A stretch of DNA of 64,000 nucleotides from Hydrurus foetidus (taxonomy: Eukaryota). Positions within the stretch are counted from its first letter, which is position 1. Every line of letters starts with the position of its first letter. The stretch covers positions 1,798,001 to 1,862,000 of the forward strand of contig UYFQ01000001.1 in assembly GCA_900617105.1 (NCBI GenBank), read 5' to 3'. The notes beneath the pieces were generated by a model. It was not told the DNA's origin. It made no database searches and saw nothing but the letters and a program-made list of their open reading frames with translations. This document shows, in pieces, positions 10,382-20,518 of this stretch. A program made the translations under genes and the position numbers.

Positions 10382-12085
10382 GTGTCGGATTTATCAAACT
10401 CAAAGTTCATGGACAGCAAAGCCAGAGTAGTCCGCTCGCCGCGCGGCAGCCAAATTACCTGCGCCAACTGGCAAATCGAAGGCGCCCTGCGCATGCTGCA
10501 AAACAACCTTGACCCTGATGTGGCCGAAAACCCCAACGAGCTGGTGGTGTACGGCGGCATTGGCAAGGCGGCGCGCAACTGGCCTGCGTTTGATGCGATT
10601 GTCGATTCACTGCGCAAGCTCAAACCTGATGAAACGCTGCTGGTGCAGTCAGGCAAGCCCGTCGGCGTTTTCCGTACCCACACCGGTGCGCCGCGTGTGC
10701 TGATTGCCAACTCCAACCTGGTGCCTAAATGGGCGACATGGGAACATTTCAACGAGCTGGATCGCGCGGGCCTGATGATGTACGGCCAAATGACCGCTGG
10801 TAGCTGGATTTACATTGGCACGCAGGGCATTGTGCAAGGCACGTATGAGACTTTTGTTGAAGCGGGCAGGCAACATTACAACGGCGATTTAAGTGGCCGC
10901 TGGGTGCTGACTGCTGGCCTCGGCGGCATGGGCGGCGCGCAGCCGCTAGCGGCTACGTTTGCAGGCGCGTGTTCACTCAACATTGAATGCGACCAGAGCC
11001 ACATTGATTTCAGACTGCGCACCCGCTACGTTGACAAACAAGCCGCCACGCTGGACGAAGCGTTGGCCATGATCAAGCACCACACTGGGCGCAAAGAAGC
11101 CGTGTCAATTGCACTGTGCGCCAACGCAGCGGATGTCTTTCCTGAACTGGCCAAACGCGCCCAGGCAGAAACCATTCGTCCAGATATCGTGACTGACCAA
11201 ACCTCGGCGCACGACATCATCAACGGGTACCTGCCTGCAGGCTGGACCAATGAGCGCTGGCTAGCTGCCCGCAAAGACCCGGCTCAACATGCAGCGTTGA
11301 CGCAAGCCGCTGGTGAGTCATGCGCCACCCAGGTCAAGGCCATGCTGGCTTTTCACGCACTGGGCATACCAACGGTGGACTACGGCAACAACTTGCGCCA
11401 GGTCGCCAAAGATTTTGGCGTGGCCAGTGCGTTTGACTACCCTGGCTTTGTGCCCGCCTATATTCGGCCGTTGTTTTGCAGCGGCACTGGGCCTTTCAGA
11501 TGGGTGGCTTTGAGTGGCGACCCCGAAGACATCGCCAAAACCGACGCGAAGATGAAAGAGCTTTTCCCCACCAACAAGCACCTGCACCGCTGGCTGGACA
11601 TGGCCGCTGAGCGTATTGAATTTCAGGGCTTGCCGGCACGCATTTGCTGGATTGGCCTGGGCGATCGCCACAAAGCCGGGCTGGCCTTTAACGCGATGGT
11701 AAAAAGCGGCGAACTCAAAGCACCGATTGTGATTGGTCGTGACCACCTTGACAGCGGCTCAGTCGCGTCCCCCAACCGCGAAACTGAAGCTATGCAAGAC
11801 GGCAGCGACGCGGTGAGCGACTGGCCGCTGCTGAACGCTCTGCTGAACACCGCCAGCGGCGCTACGTGGGTCAGCTTGCACCACGGTGGCGGCGTGGGCA
11901 TGGGGTATTCGCAGCATTCAGGCGTAGTGATTGTGGCTGACGGCACCGATGAGGCGGCGGAGAAACTAGGCCGCGTGCTTTTTAATGACCCAGCCACAGG
12001 CGTGATGCGCCACGCCGATGCGGGGTACGACATTGCCAAGGCCAGCGCCAAAGCCAATGGTTTGAATTTGCCAATGATTGGTTGA
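10382..12085 (+). CDS. hutU: urocanate hydratase
   Basis: [49 protein letters not shown] 10382 after GGAG. Confidence 0.97.
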   Translation: MSDLSNSKFMDSKARVVRSPRGSQITCANWQIEGALRMLQNNLDPDVAENPNELVVYGGIGKAARNWPAFDAIVDSLRKLKPDETLLVQSGKPVGVFRTHTGAPRVLIANSNLVPKWATWEHFNELDRAGLMMYGQMTAGSWIYIGTQGIVQGTYETFVEAGRQHYNGDLSGRWVLTAGLGGMGGAQPLAATFAGACSLNIECDQSHIDFRLRTRYVDKQAATLDEALAMIKHHTGRKEAVSIALCANAADVFPELAKRAQAETIRPDIVTDQTSAHDIINGYLPAGWTNERWLAARKDPAQHAALTQAAGESCATQVKAMLAFHALGIPTVDYGNNLRQVAKDFGVASAFDYPGFVPAYIRPLFCSGTGPFRWVALSGDPEDIAKTDAKMKELFPTNKHLHRWLDMAAERIEFQGLPARICWIGLGDRHKAGLAFNAMVKSGELKAPIVIGRDHLDSGSVASPNRETEAMQDGSDAVSDWPLLNALLNTASGATWVSLHHGGGVGMGYSQHSGVVIVADGTDEAAEKLGRVLFNDPATGVMRHADAGYDIAKASAKANGLNLPMIG

Positions 12086-12089
12086 AGCG

Positions 12090-13637
12090 ATGCATGAATT
12101 GCTGATCCCCGGAAAGTTAAGTCTGCCGCAACTGCGCAGGCTGTGCAGCAGCAAACCGCTGGCAGTTCAATTAGATGGCGCTTGCCGTAAAGGCATTCGT
12201 GCCAGTGCTGACCTGGTGCAAAAAGCAGCAAACGGCGGCACAGCGGTGTACGGCGTGAACACCGGTTTTGGCAAGCTGGCCAACACCCGCATTGCCAAAA
12301 CTGACCTGGCCATCTTGCAGCTCAAGCTGCTGCGCTCGCATGCTGTCGGTGTCGGCGAGCCGTTGGTCGAAAACATTGTGCGATTGATTTTGCTTTTGAA
12401 GGCCGCGAGTTTGGCGCGCGGCCATTCGGGTGTAGGTGAAGAAGTTGTCGATGCACTGCTCGATTTGTACAACCACGGCATTTGCCCGGTGATTCCGTGC
12501 CAGGGCTCAGTGGGTGCGTCGGGTGACCTGGCTCCACTCGCACATTTGTGTTTGCCGTTGGTGGGTGAAGGCGAGGTGTTTTACAAAGGGCAGCGACTTC
12601 CAGCTCTGGAGGCATTGAAAGCAGCAGGCCTGCAACCCATTTCCTTGTCAGCCAAAGAAGGCCTGGCACTCATCAACGGTACGCAGGTATCGACTGCGAT
12701 GGCGCTTGCTGCGCTTTTTGCCACTGAGCGTGTATTTGAAGCAGCGGTGATAGCAGGCGCACTGACACTTGATGCTGCGCGCGGCAGCGACGGCCCATTT
12801 GATGCGCGCATTCACGCCGTGCGCGGCCAGCCGGGGCAAATTGATTGCGCTGCAGCCTACCGCGCGTTAACCCACGGCAGCGCCATTCGCAAGTCGCACC
12901 TGGAAGGCGACGACCGCGTGCAAGACCCATACTGCCTGCGCTGCCAGCCGCAAGTCATGGGCGCGTGCCTTGACCAGATGCGCTATGCCGCGCAGGTGCT
13001 GGTGATTGAAGCGAACGCTGTGACCGATAACCCGCTGGTTTTTGCTGCCGATGATGCGTTGGTCTCTGGAGGAAACTTTCACGCTGAACCGGTTGCGCTG
13101 GTTTGCGATGCTTTGGCGGTCGTGATTGCAGAGGTAGGCGCAATATCGGAACGGCGTATCGCCATGCTGGTCGACACCCATGTCTCGGGTCTGCCCGCTT
13201 TCCTCACGCCTGATGCGGGTCTTAACTCTGGCTTCATGATCGTGCATGTCACGGCTGCCGCACTGGCATCAGAAAACAAATCCATGGCGCACCCGGCAAG
13301 CGTAGACAGCCTGCCAACTTCGGCCAATCAAGAAGATCATGTGTCAATGGCCACCTTTGCCGCGCGGCGATTGCAACCCATGCTGCACAACACGGCCTAC
13401 ATTGTGGGCATTGAATTGTTGGCTGCAGCCCAAGGTATTGAGTTTTTACGCCCTTTGACAAGCTCCGCCCCGCTCGAGAGCCTGCATGCGCTCATTCGCA
13501 ACGCATCGCCAGCGATGATGCAAGACCGCAGCCTGTCGCTTGAAATGACCGCCTTGCAAAAGCTGGTTATCAGTGGAGACATATCTGCTGCGCTAGATGC
13601 GCAGCTACCGGAATTACACGCATTGCAACTGGCATGA
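12090..13637 (+). CDS. hutH: histidine ammonia-lyase
   Basis: VYGVNTGFG, MIO motif GASGDLAPLAH, QDPYCLRCQPQ, NQEDHVSM. Confidence 0.97.
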   Translation: MHELLIPGKLSLPQLRRLCSSKPLAVQLDGACRKGIRASADLVQKAANGGTAVYGVNTGFGKLANTRIAKTDLAILQLKLLRSHAVGVGEPLVENIVRLILLLKAASLARGHSGVGEEVVDALLDLYNHGICPVIPCQGSVGASGDLAPLAHLCLPLVGEGEVFYKGQRLPALEALKAAGLQPISLSAKEGLALINGTQVSTAMALAALFATERVFEAAVIAGALTLDAARGSDGPFDARIHAVRGQPGQIDCAAAYRALTHGSAIRKSHLEGDDRVQDPYCLRCQPQVMGACLDQMRYAAQVLVIEANAVTDNPLVFAADDALVSGGNFHAEPVALVCDALAVVIAEVGAISERRIAMLVDTHVSGLPAFLTPDAGLNSGFMIVHVTAAALASENKSMAHPASVDSLPTSANQEDHVSMATFAARRLQPMLHNTAYIVGIELLAAAQGIEFLRPLTSSAPLESLHALIRNASPAMMQDRSLSLEMTALQKLVISGDISAALDAQLPELHALQLA

Positions 13638-13691
13638 TCAATGCATACATTTACCCACCAGCACCCGACTTTTAACCCACCGGAGAAAACC

Positions 13692-14642
13692 ATGAAAAAA
13701 CTGCTCGCGCTATCCGTCGTTGCCCTGGTTTGTGCAGCCTCCCAAGCACAAACGCAAGAAACCAAACTAACCTTTGCCATGTCGGGCTGGACAGGTTTTG
13801 CCCCGCTCACGCTGGCCAAAGAAGCAGGTATTTTCAAGAAAAACGGGTTGGATGTGGCAATCAAGAAAATTCCGCAAAAAGACCGCCATCTAGCCATCGC
13901 ATCGGGCGACGTGCAGTGCGCCGCCACCACGGTCGAGACGTGGATCGCGTGGAACGCCAACGGCGTTCCGACCACGCAGATTTTTCAGTTAGACAAAAGC
14001 TTTGGCGCTGACGGTATGGTCGTCAAAGGCGGCATCAGCAAAATCAGCGACCTGAAAGGCAAAACCATTGCCGCCAGCGCACCGGGTACCGCGCCCTACT
14101 TCACGCTGGCCTGGATGCTTAAGAAAAACGGCATGAGCATCAAAGACATCAAGCTGGTCAGCCTGGAGCCGCAAGCCGCCGCCAACGCCATCATTGCGGG
14201 CGTGGCCGACCTGGACGCCGCCATGACGTACGAGCCCTTTTTAAGTGCAGTGCGCGTCAAGCCAGAGGCCGGCAAAATCATTGCCACCACGCTTGACTAC
14301 CCGATGGTGATGGACACCGTAGGCTGCACGCCGAAGTTTTTGAGCGACAACCCAAAAGCTGCCAAAGCCCTGGCCGACAGCTATTTTGAAGCGCTGGAGA
14401 TGATTCAAAAAGACCCGAAAAAAAGCTTCGAAATCATGGGCGCAGATGTCAAGCAAACCGGCGAAGCCTTTGAAGGCAGCCAGAAGTTTTTACGCTGGCA
14501 AGACCGCGCGGCTAACCAGAAGTTTTTTGCGGGTGAGCATGCTGCCTTTAGCAAAGAAGCCGCGGATTTGTTGCTGGAGTTGGGCATTATCAAAGCGCTG
14601 CCAGATATGACCAAATTGGCCGATACCAGATTCCTTAAGTGA
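13692..14642 (+). CDS. NitT/TauT (SsuA/THI5-like) ABC substrate-binding protein
   Basis: Sec signal MKKLLALS...AQA; WTGFAPL.LAKE.G.FKKNGLDV; DLKGKTIA. Confidence 0.85.
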   Translation: MKKLLALSVVALVCAASQAQTQETKLTFAMSGWTGFAPLTLAKEAGIFKKNGLDVAIKKIPQKDRHLAIASGDVQCAATTVETWIAWNANGVPTTQIFQLDKSFGADGMVVKGGISKISDLKGKTIAASAPGTAPYFTLAWMLKKNGMSIKDIKLVSLEPQAAANAIIAGVADLDAAMTYEPFLSAVRVKPEAGKIIATTLDYPMVMDTVGCTPKFLSDNPKAAKALADSYFEALEMIQKDPKKSFEIMGADVKQTGEAFEGSQKFLRWQDRAANQKFFAGEHAAFSKEAADLLLELGIIKALPDMTKLADTRFLK

Positions 14643-15412
14643 AACCACTCCAGCCCGTCACGCCCAGCGCGCGCATCGCGCTGGGCATCAGCTTTTTCGT
14701 TCTGTTCTTCGCGGTCTGGGCGGCGGTGACGTTTGGCGGGTTTGTTTCTAAAACTTTTTTGGCCGACCCCTTCACCATGGTGCGGTCAGGCTACGACTTA
14801 CTGGTCAACCAAGGTTTTATCAAAGACATTGGCATGACGGTATGGCGGGTCTTTGGCGGCTTTTTGTTGGCTGCTGTGCTGGCTGTTCCGCTGGGTGTTT
14901 TGATGGGTGCCTACAAGCCGATTGAGGCGTTTTTTGAACCCTTCGTCAGCTTTGCCCGCTACCTGCCCGCGTCGGCTTTTATACCGCTGTTAATTTTGTG
15001 GGCCGGCATTGGCGAGGCGCAAAAACTCTCGGTGATTTTTATCGGCTCGTTTTTTCAGCTGGTATTGATGATGGCCGTCAGTGTAGGCAACACGCGGCGC
15101 GATTTGGTCGAGGCCGCGTACACCCTAGGCGCAAGTGACAAAGGCATCGTGCTGCGCGTACTGGTACCCAGCAGCGCACCCGAAATTTTTGAAACCCTGC
15201 GCATGGTGCTGGGCTGGGCGTGGACTTATGTCATCGTGGCCGAGCTGATTGGCGCGTCCAGCGGTATTGGCCACATGATCACCGACAGCCAGGCGCTGCT
15301 AGCCACAGACCAAATCATCTTCGGCATCATCGTGATTGGCGTGATTGGGCTGGTGACTGATTTAGCTTTCAAGGCCTTGAACCGCAAGCTGTTCCCTTGG
15401 GCCAAGCTATGA
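14639..15412 (+). CDS. NitT/TauT ABC permease
   Basis: Multiple TM helices, EAA loop EAAYTLGA, WTYVIVAELIGASSGIG. Confidence 0.9.
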   Translation: MKPLQPVTPSARIALGISFFVLFFAVWAAVTFGGFVSKTFLADPFTMVRSGYDLLVNQGFIKDIGMTVWRVFGGFLLAAVLAVPLGVLMGAYKPIEAFFEPFVSFARYLPASAFIPLLILWAGIGEAQKLSVIFIGSFFQLVLMMAVSVGNTRRDLVEAAYTLGASDKGIVLRVLVPSSAPEIFETLRMVLGWAWTYVIVAELIGASSGIGHMITDSQALLATDQIIFGIIVIGVIGLVTDLAFKALNRKLFPWAKL

Positions 15413-15543
15413 CCCCCACGCTTGTCACTTCGTGTACTGCGCTGTCCCCCGAGGGGGCCGCTGCGCCTACGGCCCGGCAAAGCCGGTTCCGTGGCCCCTG
15501 TTTGAAAAGCAGTCGCACGATTTGTCTCCATACCAGTTCATGA
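15409..15543 (+). repeat. GC-rich multi-hairpin element between permease and ATPase, carrying a 44-codon ORF
   Basis: Hairpins CAC-TTC-GTG, CCCC-CGA-GGGG, CCGGC-AAA-GCCGG; ATGACC at both ends. Confidence 0.6.
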
Positions 15544-16337
15544 CCATCCTAGACATCACCCAGGTCTCCAAAACATTCGCTGGCACGGGCGCAGCCAAAA
15601 GTACGGTTGCCCTGCAAGCCACTGACCTAAGCGTTGAAGAAAACGACTTCATCACCATCCTGGGCCCATCAGGTTGTGGCAAAAGTACGCTTTTGAGAAT
15701 GGTCGCTGGGCTGGACACGCCAACGACAGGCAGCATCGCGCTAGACGGCAAACCAGTGACCGCACCTGGAGCCGACCGAGGCATGGTTTTCCAAAGCTAC
15801 ACGCTGTTCCCATGGCTCACGGTGCTGGAAAACGTGTGTTTCGGTTTAAGGGAAAAAGGAATGGCGTTGCCTGAGCAACTGGCCATCGCCCACCCCTTCA
15901 TCGCCAAAGTCGGTTTGACCGGTTTTGAGGGCCACTTCCCCAAACAACTGTCAGGCGGCATGCAGCAGCGCACGGCATTGGCACGCGCGCTGGCCAACAA
16001 CCCACGTATGCTGCTGATGGACGAGCCCTTCGGCGCGCTAGACCACCAGACCAGAGAGCTGATGCAAGAGCTGCTGCAGGGCATTTGGGAAGCGGAGCGT
16101 AAAACAGTGCTGTTCGTCACCCATGACATTGATGAAGCCATCTTCATGGGCAACCGGGTGGTCGTGATGAGCGCCCGGCCCGGCCGCATCAAGTGCGACC
16201 TGCCGGTGGCGCTGAGCCACCCGCGCTATTACTCGGTAAAAACAACGCCGGTGTTTATGGAACTAAAAGCGAAATTGACTGAAGAAATTCGGGTTGAGGT
16301 GCAGCGCGCCGCAGCGCTGGCAAGCACAGCAGGTTAA
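15540..16337 (+). CDS. NitT/TauT ABC ATP-binding protein
   Basis: GPSGCGKST, LSGGMQQR, LLMDEPFGALD, VTHDIDEA; ATG 15540. Confidence 0.92.
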   Translation: MTILDITQVSKTFAGTGAAKSTVALQATDLSVEENDFITILGPSGCGKSTLLRMVAGLDTPTTGSIALDGKPVTAPGADRGMVFQSYTLFPWLTVLENVCFGLREKGMALPEQLAIAHPFIAKVGLTGFEGHFPKQLSGGMQQRTALARALANNPRMLLMDEPFGALDHQTRELMQELLQGIWEAERKTVLFVTHDIDEAIFMGNRVVVMSARPGRIKCDLPVALSHPRYYSVKTTPVFMELKAKLTEEIRVEVQRAAALASTAG

Positions 16338-16341
16338 ATAC

Positions 16342-16382
16342 GCTATTACTTTTATAGCTTATTGCGCCCGTATTTATTGGTC
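16342..16382 (+). repeat. 41-bp-core dispersed repeat, copy 3 (intergenic)
   Basis: GCT-ATTACTTTTAT-AGC-TTATTGC-GCC-CGTATTTATTG-GTC then TACAG. Confidence 0.92.
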
Positions 16383-16492
16383 TACAGCCTTATTTATATC
16401 GATTTTCAGGTCTTTTGGGGCCTTTTTAGCCTAAAAACGTTGCTGCCGCCGAGCCAGGCTGCCGCAACCCAGTCGCCTCTACACTTGTGCCC

Positions 16493-18283
16493 ATGACTTC
16501 TGAACGTGCAAAAGCTAAAAGCCCTAAATCCCTGTCTGGCCTGGTGCCGTTTTTAAGGCCCTACAAAGGGCGGATTGCACTGGCAGGCTTTTTCCTTGTG
16601 ATGGCGGCGGTGTCTACGCTGGTGTTCCCGCTGGCGCTGCGCAGTTTGATTGACGGCGGTTTGGTCAATGCAGACACCAGCGCAGCTGGCAAAGGCAACC
16701 AGCTGATGCTGCTGCGCACGCATTTTTTCGAGCTGTTTGGCGTGGCGGCGGCGCTGGGCTTGTTTTCAGCCGGGCGGTTTTATATGGTCAGTTGGCTGGG
16801 TGAGCGGGTTACCGCCGACCTGCGCAACGCGGTATACGGCCATGTGCTTAAGCAAAGCCCGCAGTTTTTTGAAACTACCCAAACCGGCGAGGTACTGAGC
16901 CGGCTGACCGGCGACACCACGCTGGTGCAAACTGTTGTGGGCTCATCACTCAGCATGGGCTTGCGTAACCTGGTGATGGGCGTGGGCGCGATTGGCATGC
17001 TGATTTACACCAACCCGTATTTGATGCTGCAAATCATGGTGGCGCTGGCGGTGATTGTGGTGCCTTCGGTCATATTTGGCCGCCGGGTGCGCAAGCTGTC
17101 GCGTGCCAGCCAGGACCGGGTGGCTGACTCCAGCGCCATTGCGGCTGAGGTGTTAAACGCTATTCCGGTGGTGCAAAGCTACACGGCTGAGGGGCGCGAG
17201 GCCACGCGCTTTAACACGGCATCGACCAACGCTTTTAACGTGGCGCTGCGGCGCACCAAGGCGCGCACGGTGCTGGTGGCTTTCATCATCATTGCCACAT
17301 CGGCAGCGCTGCTGTGGGGCTTGTACCAGGGCACGCAAGCGGTGATGCGCGGCGACATCACGGCCGGGCATTTGGGCCAAACGGTGGTGTACGTGATTAT
17401 TTTGGCCAGCGCTTCAGCTGTGTTGGGCGAAACCTATGGCGACCTGCTGCGCGCTGCTGGCGCCACCGAGCGCCTGATGGAGCTGCTAGACACCGCATCC
17501 CCTATAAAGTCACCACCTAACCCGGCGCCAGCCCCCGTTATTCAGGCGGGAAGCGCTATTGAATTTGAAGCAGTTAACTTCAACTACCCCTCCCGGGCAC
17601 TGCAAGCGGCGCTGACCAACTTCAGCATGAAAGTCGCCCCGGGCGAAACCGTGGCCATTGTGGGCCCTAGCGGCGCGGGTAAAAGCACGGTGTTTCAGTT
17701 GTTGCTGCGTTTTTATGACCCGCAATCGGGCCGCATTGCACTTGACGGGGTAACCACGCGAGACATGTCGCTTACCGACCTGAGGCAGCGCGTGGGCATC
17801 GTGCCGCAAGACGCCGTTATTTTTTCGACCAGCGCTTTAGAGAACATTCGCTATGGCAAGCCCGGTGCGTCTGACGAAGAAACCAGCGCTGCAGCCAAAG
17901 CCGCGTTTGCCGACGAATTCATCAAGCTGCTGCCCGAGGGCTACGACACCTTTTTAGGCGAGCGCGGTGTGCGCCTGTCAGGCGGGCAGCGCCAGCGCAT
18001 TGCGATTGCACGCGCCATGCTGAAAAACTCGCCCCTCTTGTTGCTAGACGAAGCCACCAGCGCGCTTGACGCCGAAAGCGAACGCATGGTGCAAGCGGCA
18101 CTTGAATCCGCCATGAAAGGCCGCACCACGCTGGTGGTAGCGCACCGCCTGGCAACCGTGCAGCAGGCCGACCGGATATTGGTGCTGGACCACGGCAGGC
18201 TGGTTGAGCAAGGCACGCACCACGAGCTGGTGGCAAAGGGCGGCGTGTATGCGCGGCTGGCAGCGTTGCAGTTCACCACTTAA
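16493..18283 (+). CDS. MsbA-related ABC exporter (TMD+NBD fusion)
   Basis: N-terminal TM domain, GPSGAGKST, LSGGQRQR, LDEATSALD, AHRL. Confidence 0.92.
   Translation: MTSERAKAKSPKSLSGLVPFLRPYKGRIALAGFFLVMAAVSTLVFPLALRSLIDGGLVNADTSAAGKGNQLMLLRTHFFELFGVAAALGLFSAGRFYMVSWLGERVTADLRNAVYGHVLKQSPQFFETTQTGEVLSRLTGDTTLVQTVVGSSLSMGLRNLVMGVGAIGMLIYTNPYLMLQIMVALAVIVVPSVIFGRRVRKLSRASQDRVADSSAIAAEVLNAIPVVQSYTAEGREATRFNTASTNAFNVALRRTKARTVLVAFIIIATSAALLWGLYQGTQAVMRGDITAGHLGQTVVYVIILASASAVLGETYGDLLRAAGATERLMELLDTASPIKSPPNPAPAPVIQAGSAIEFEAVNFNYPSRALQAALTNFSMKVAPGETVAIVGPSGAGKSTVFQLLLRFYDPQSGRIALDGVTTRDMSLTDLRQRVGIVPQDAVIFSTSALENIRYGKPGASDEETSAAAKAAFADEFIKLLPEGYDTFLGERGVRLSGGQRQRIAIARAMLKNSPLLLLDEATSALDAESERMVQAALESAMKGRTTLVVAHRLATVQQADRILVLDHGRLVEQGTHHELVAKGGVYARLAALQFTT
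17531..17571 (-). repeat. 41-bp-core dispersed repeat, copy 4 (diverged, in TMD-NBD linker of ABC exporter)
   Basis: Reverse complement GCT-TCAAATTCAAT-AGC-GCTTCCC-GCC-TGAATAACGGG-GGC. Confidence 0.6.
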
Positions 18284-18295
18284 GGGTAAAACGTA

Positions 18296-18316
18296 ACTAT
18301 GCGTTTTTTGCATAGT
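18296..18316. promoter_or_regulatory. LysR-type (T-N11-A) operator upstream of gdhA
   Basis: Hyphenated palindrome ACTATGC-N7-GCATAGT. Confidence 0.5.
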
Positions 18317-18402
18317 ATTTAATCAAGCTGGCCTTAGACTTTCAACCGACAAGCTCCTACAGTGGAGGTCTATTTGCAAGACGTTTCCACACAGGAGTCA
18401 AC

Positions 18403-19728
18403 ATGTCCCACGCACCCAGCGCCCACGCGCCGTCACCAGCCGCAGACCACAGCGCACATCCCCTTCCCTCGTATCTGGACGCCAGCAACCTCGGGCCTTG
18501 GGGCAATTACCTGCAGCAAGTTGACCGGGTTATTCCGCATCTGGGCAGCCTGGCACGTTGGGCTGAAACGCTTAAGCGCCCCAAGCGTGTTTTGATTGTG
18601 GATGTGCCGATTCACATGGACGACGGCACGGTGGCGCACTTTGAGGGCTATCGCGTTCAACACAATGTGTCACGCGGGCCGGGCAAGGGCGGTGTGCGTT
18701 TTCACCAAGACGTGACCCTGTCTGAAGTGATGGCCCTGTCGGCCTGGATGTCAGTTAAAAACGCAGCGGTGAATGTGCCTTACGGCGGCGCCAAAGGCGG
18801 CATTCGTGTCGACCCTAAAAAGCTGTCGCGCGGAGAGCTGGAGCGCATGACGCGCCGCTACACGAGTGAGATCGGCATCATCATCGGCCCGAACAAAGAC
18901 ATTCCGGCGCCTGACGTCAATACCAACGAGCAAATCATGGCCTGGATGATGGACACGTATTCGATGAACACTGGCTCCACGGCCACGGGTGTGGTCACTG
19001 GCAAGCCGGTTGACCTGGGCGGCTCACTCGGCCGGCGTGAAGCTACTGGGCGCGGCGTGTTCACGGTGGGTTGTGAGGCAGCGCACCACATTGGGCTAGA
19101 AATCAAAGGCGCACGCCTTGCCGTGCAAGGCTTTGGCAATGTGGGCGGCGTAGCGGGCAAGTTGTTTGCCGAAGCGGGCGCGCGAATTGTGGCGGTGCAA
19201 GACCACAGCGGCACGATTTACAACGAGGCTGGTTTGAACGTACCTGCCTTGCTGCAGCACGTGCTGGACACCGGCGGCGTTGGCGGTTTTGCAAAAGCGG
19301 AAGTGCTGGCCAACGACAGCTTTTGGGATGTAGATTGCGACATTTTGATACCCGCAGCGCTTGAGCAGCAAATCACCGCCGCCAATGCAGGCCGCATCAA
19401 AGCGCGCATGGTGATTGAAGGCGCAAATGGCCCCACCACCCCTGCGGCCGACGACATTTTGCAGTCGCGTAATATTTTGGTGTTGCCCGACGTGATTGCC
19501 AACGCAGGCGGCGTGACGGTCAGCTACTTCGAATGGGTGCAAGACTTTTCAAGCTTCTTTTGGGATGAAGAAGAGATAAATGCGCGGCTGGTCAAAATCA
19601 TGAAGCACGCTTTTGCAGCAGTGTGGGACGTGGCGCAAGACCAAAAAGTCAGCTTGAGAACCGCCACCTTTATCGTGGCTTGCAAGCGGATTTTGCACAC
19701 GCGTGAATTGCGCGGTTTGTACCCTTGA
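18403..19728 (+). CDS. gdhA: glutamate dehydrogenase (Glu/Leu/Phe/Val dehydrogenase family)
   Basis: [55 protein letters not shown]. Confidence 0.93.
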   Translation: MSHAPSAHAPSPAADHSAHPLPSYLDASNLGPWGNYLQQVDRVIPHLGSLARWAETLKRPKRVLIVDVPIHMDDGTVAHFEGYRVQHNVSRGPGKGGVRFHQDVTLSEVMALSAWMSVKNAAVNVPYGGAKGGIRVDPKKLSRGELERMTRRYTSEIGIIIGPNKDIPAPDVNTNEQIMAWMMDTYSMNTGSTATGVVTGKPVDLGGSLGRREATGRGVFTVGCEAAHHIGLEIKGARLAVQGFGNVGGVAGKLFAEAGARIVAVQDHSGTIYNEAGLNVPALLQHVLDTGGVGGFAKAEVLANDSFWDVDCDILIPAALEQQITAANAGRIKARMVIEGANGPTTPAADDILQSRNILVLPDVIANAGGVTVSYFEWVQDFSSFFWDEEEINARLVKIMKHAFAAVWDVAQDQKVSLRTATFIVACKRILHTRELRGLYP

Positions 19729-19772
19729 TCCAAAACCTAGGCAGCTGGTTTTAGCAGCTTTCTTTTCAAGCA

Positions 19773-19945
19773 GGGGCCGCGCGAGTGGCTTAGCCAGGCG
19801 CCGCCGCAACGGCCCACTCGGGGCTGGACTCTGCAGCTCAAAACCTGCCTGAGCCGGTTTGGACAAGCGACAGGAGCGAAGCCTCTGGCGAGCGGTGGCC
19901 TGCAAGGTGCGGGAAGCCACGCGAAGCGCGCGACCGCGGGGGCTA
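19773..19945. repeat. GC-rich structured intergenic element between convergent gdhA and DUF1178
   Basis: CCGCG...GTGGCTT/AAGCCAC...CGCGG nested inverted repeats, CGC-GAA-GCG triloop; 19859-19891 resembles the reverse complement of 43366-43399. Confidence 0.55.
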
Positions 19946-19951
19946 TAAACT

Positions 19952-20479
19952 CTATTGAAGCGTTTCTTTTAATGCAGCGGGCACCGGTAACGCCATCACG
20001 TCGATGCCTTCTTCTATCAGCTCAACAGCTTCGCGCTGCGTGGTCTGGCCGCGTATGCTGCGCGGCTCAACATCGCCATAGTGCATGGCCCTGGCCTGGT
20101 TGGCAAATTTGTCACCCACATCTTCAGTGTTGGCCAGCACATGGCGTACTGCCTTGAGAAAAGCGGCTTGCTGCTCTGTGCTGGGGCGGGCGGAGTCGGG
20201 CGCCCCTTCAACTACTGCCAGACCTGTATCGGTCTGCTTGTCAGCCGAGCCAGCCGAACTGGAAGCTGGAGAGTCGCTGAGCGGCTTGGCCTTTTCAGTC
20301 GGCTCGCGATGCCCACCAAAGTTCAATCGCGGCGCGCTGGGCATTTTGACGACGGCTTTATCAGCGCACAACGGGCATTCGACCATGCCGCGCAGTAATT
20401 GCGACTGAAAGTCGTCCTCCGAACCAAACCAGCCTTCAAATGAATGCCGCTGGCCACACTGAAGATTTAACACTTTCAT
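19952..20479 (-). CDS. DUF1178 family protein
   Basis: L.C...HSFEGWF.S..DF..Q...G.VECPLC and C-terminal VG..FA..AR.MHYG...RSIRG. Confidence 0.85.
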   Translation of the reverse strand: MKVLNLQCGQRHSFEGWFGSEDDFQSQLLRGMVECPLCADKAVVKMPSAPRLNFGGHREPTEKAKPLSDSPASSSAGSADKQTDTGLAVVEGAPDSARPSTEQQAAFLKAVRHVLANTEDVGDKFANQARAMHYGDVEPRSIRGQTTQREAVELIEEGIDVMALPVPAALKETLQ

Positions 20480-20518
20480 GGCGCAACATTCAAGGCACGA
20501 ACAGGGCCACGGTGCGCC

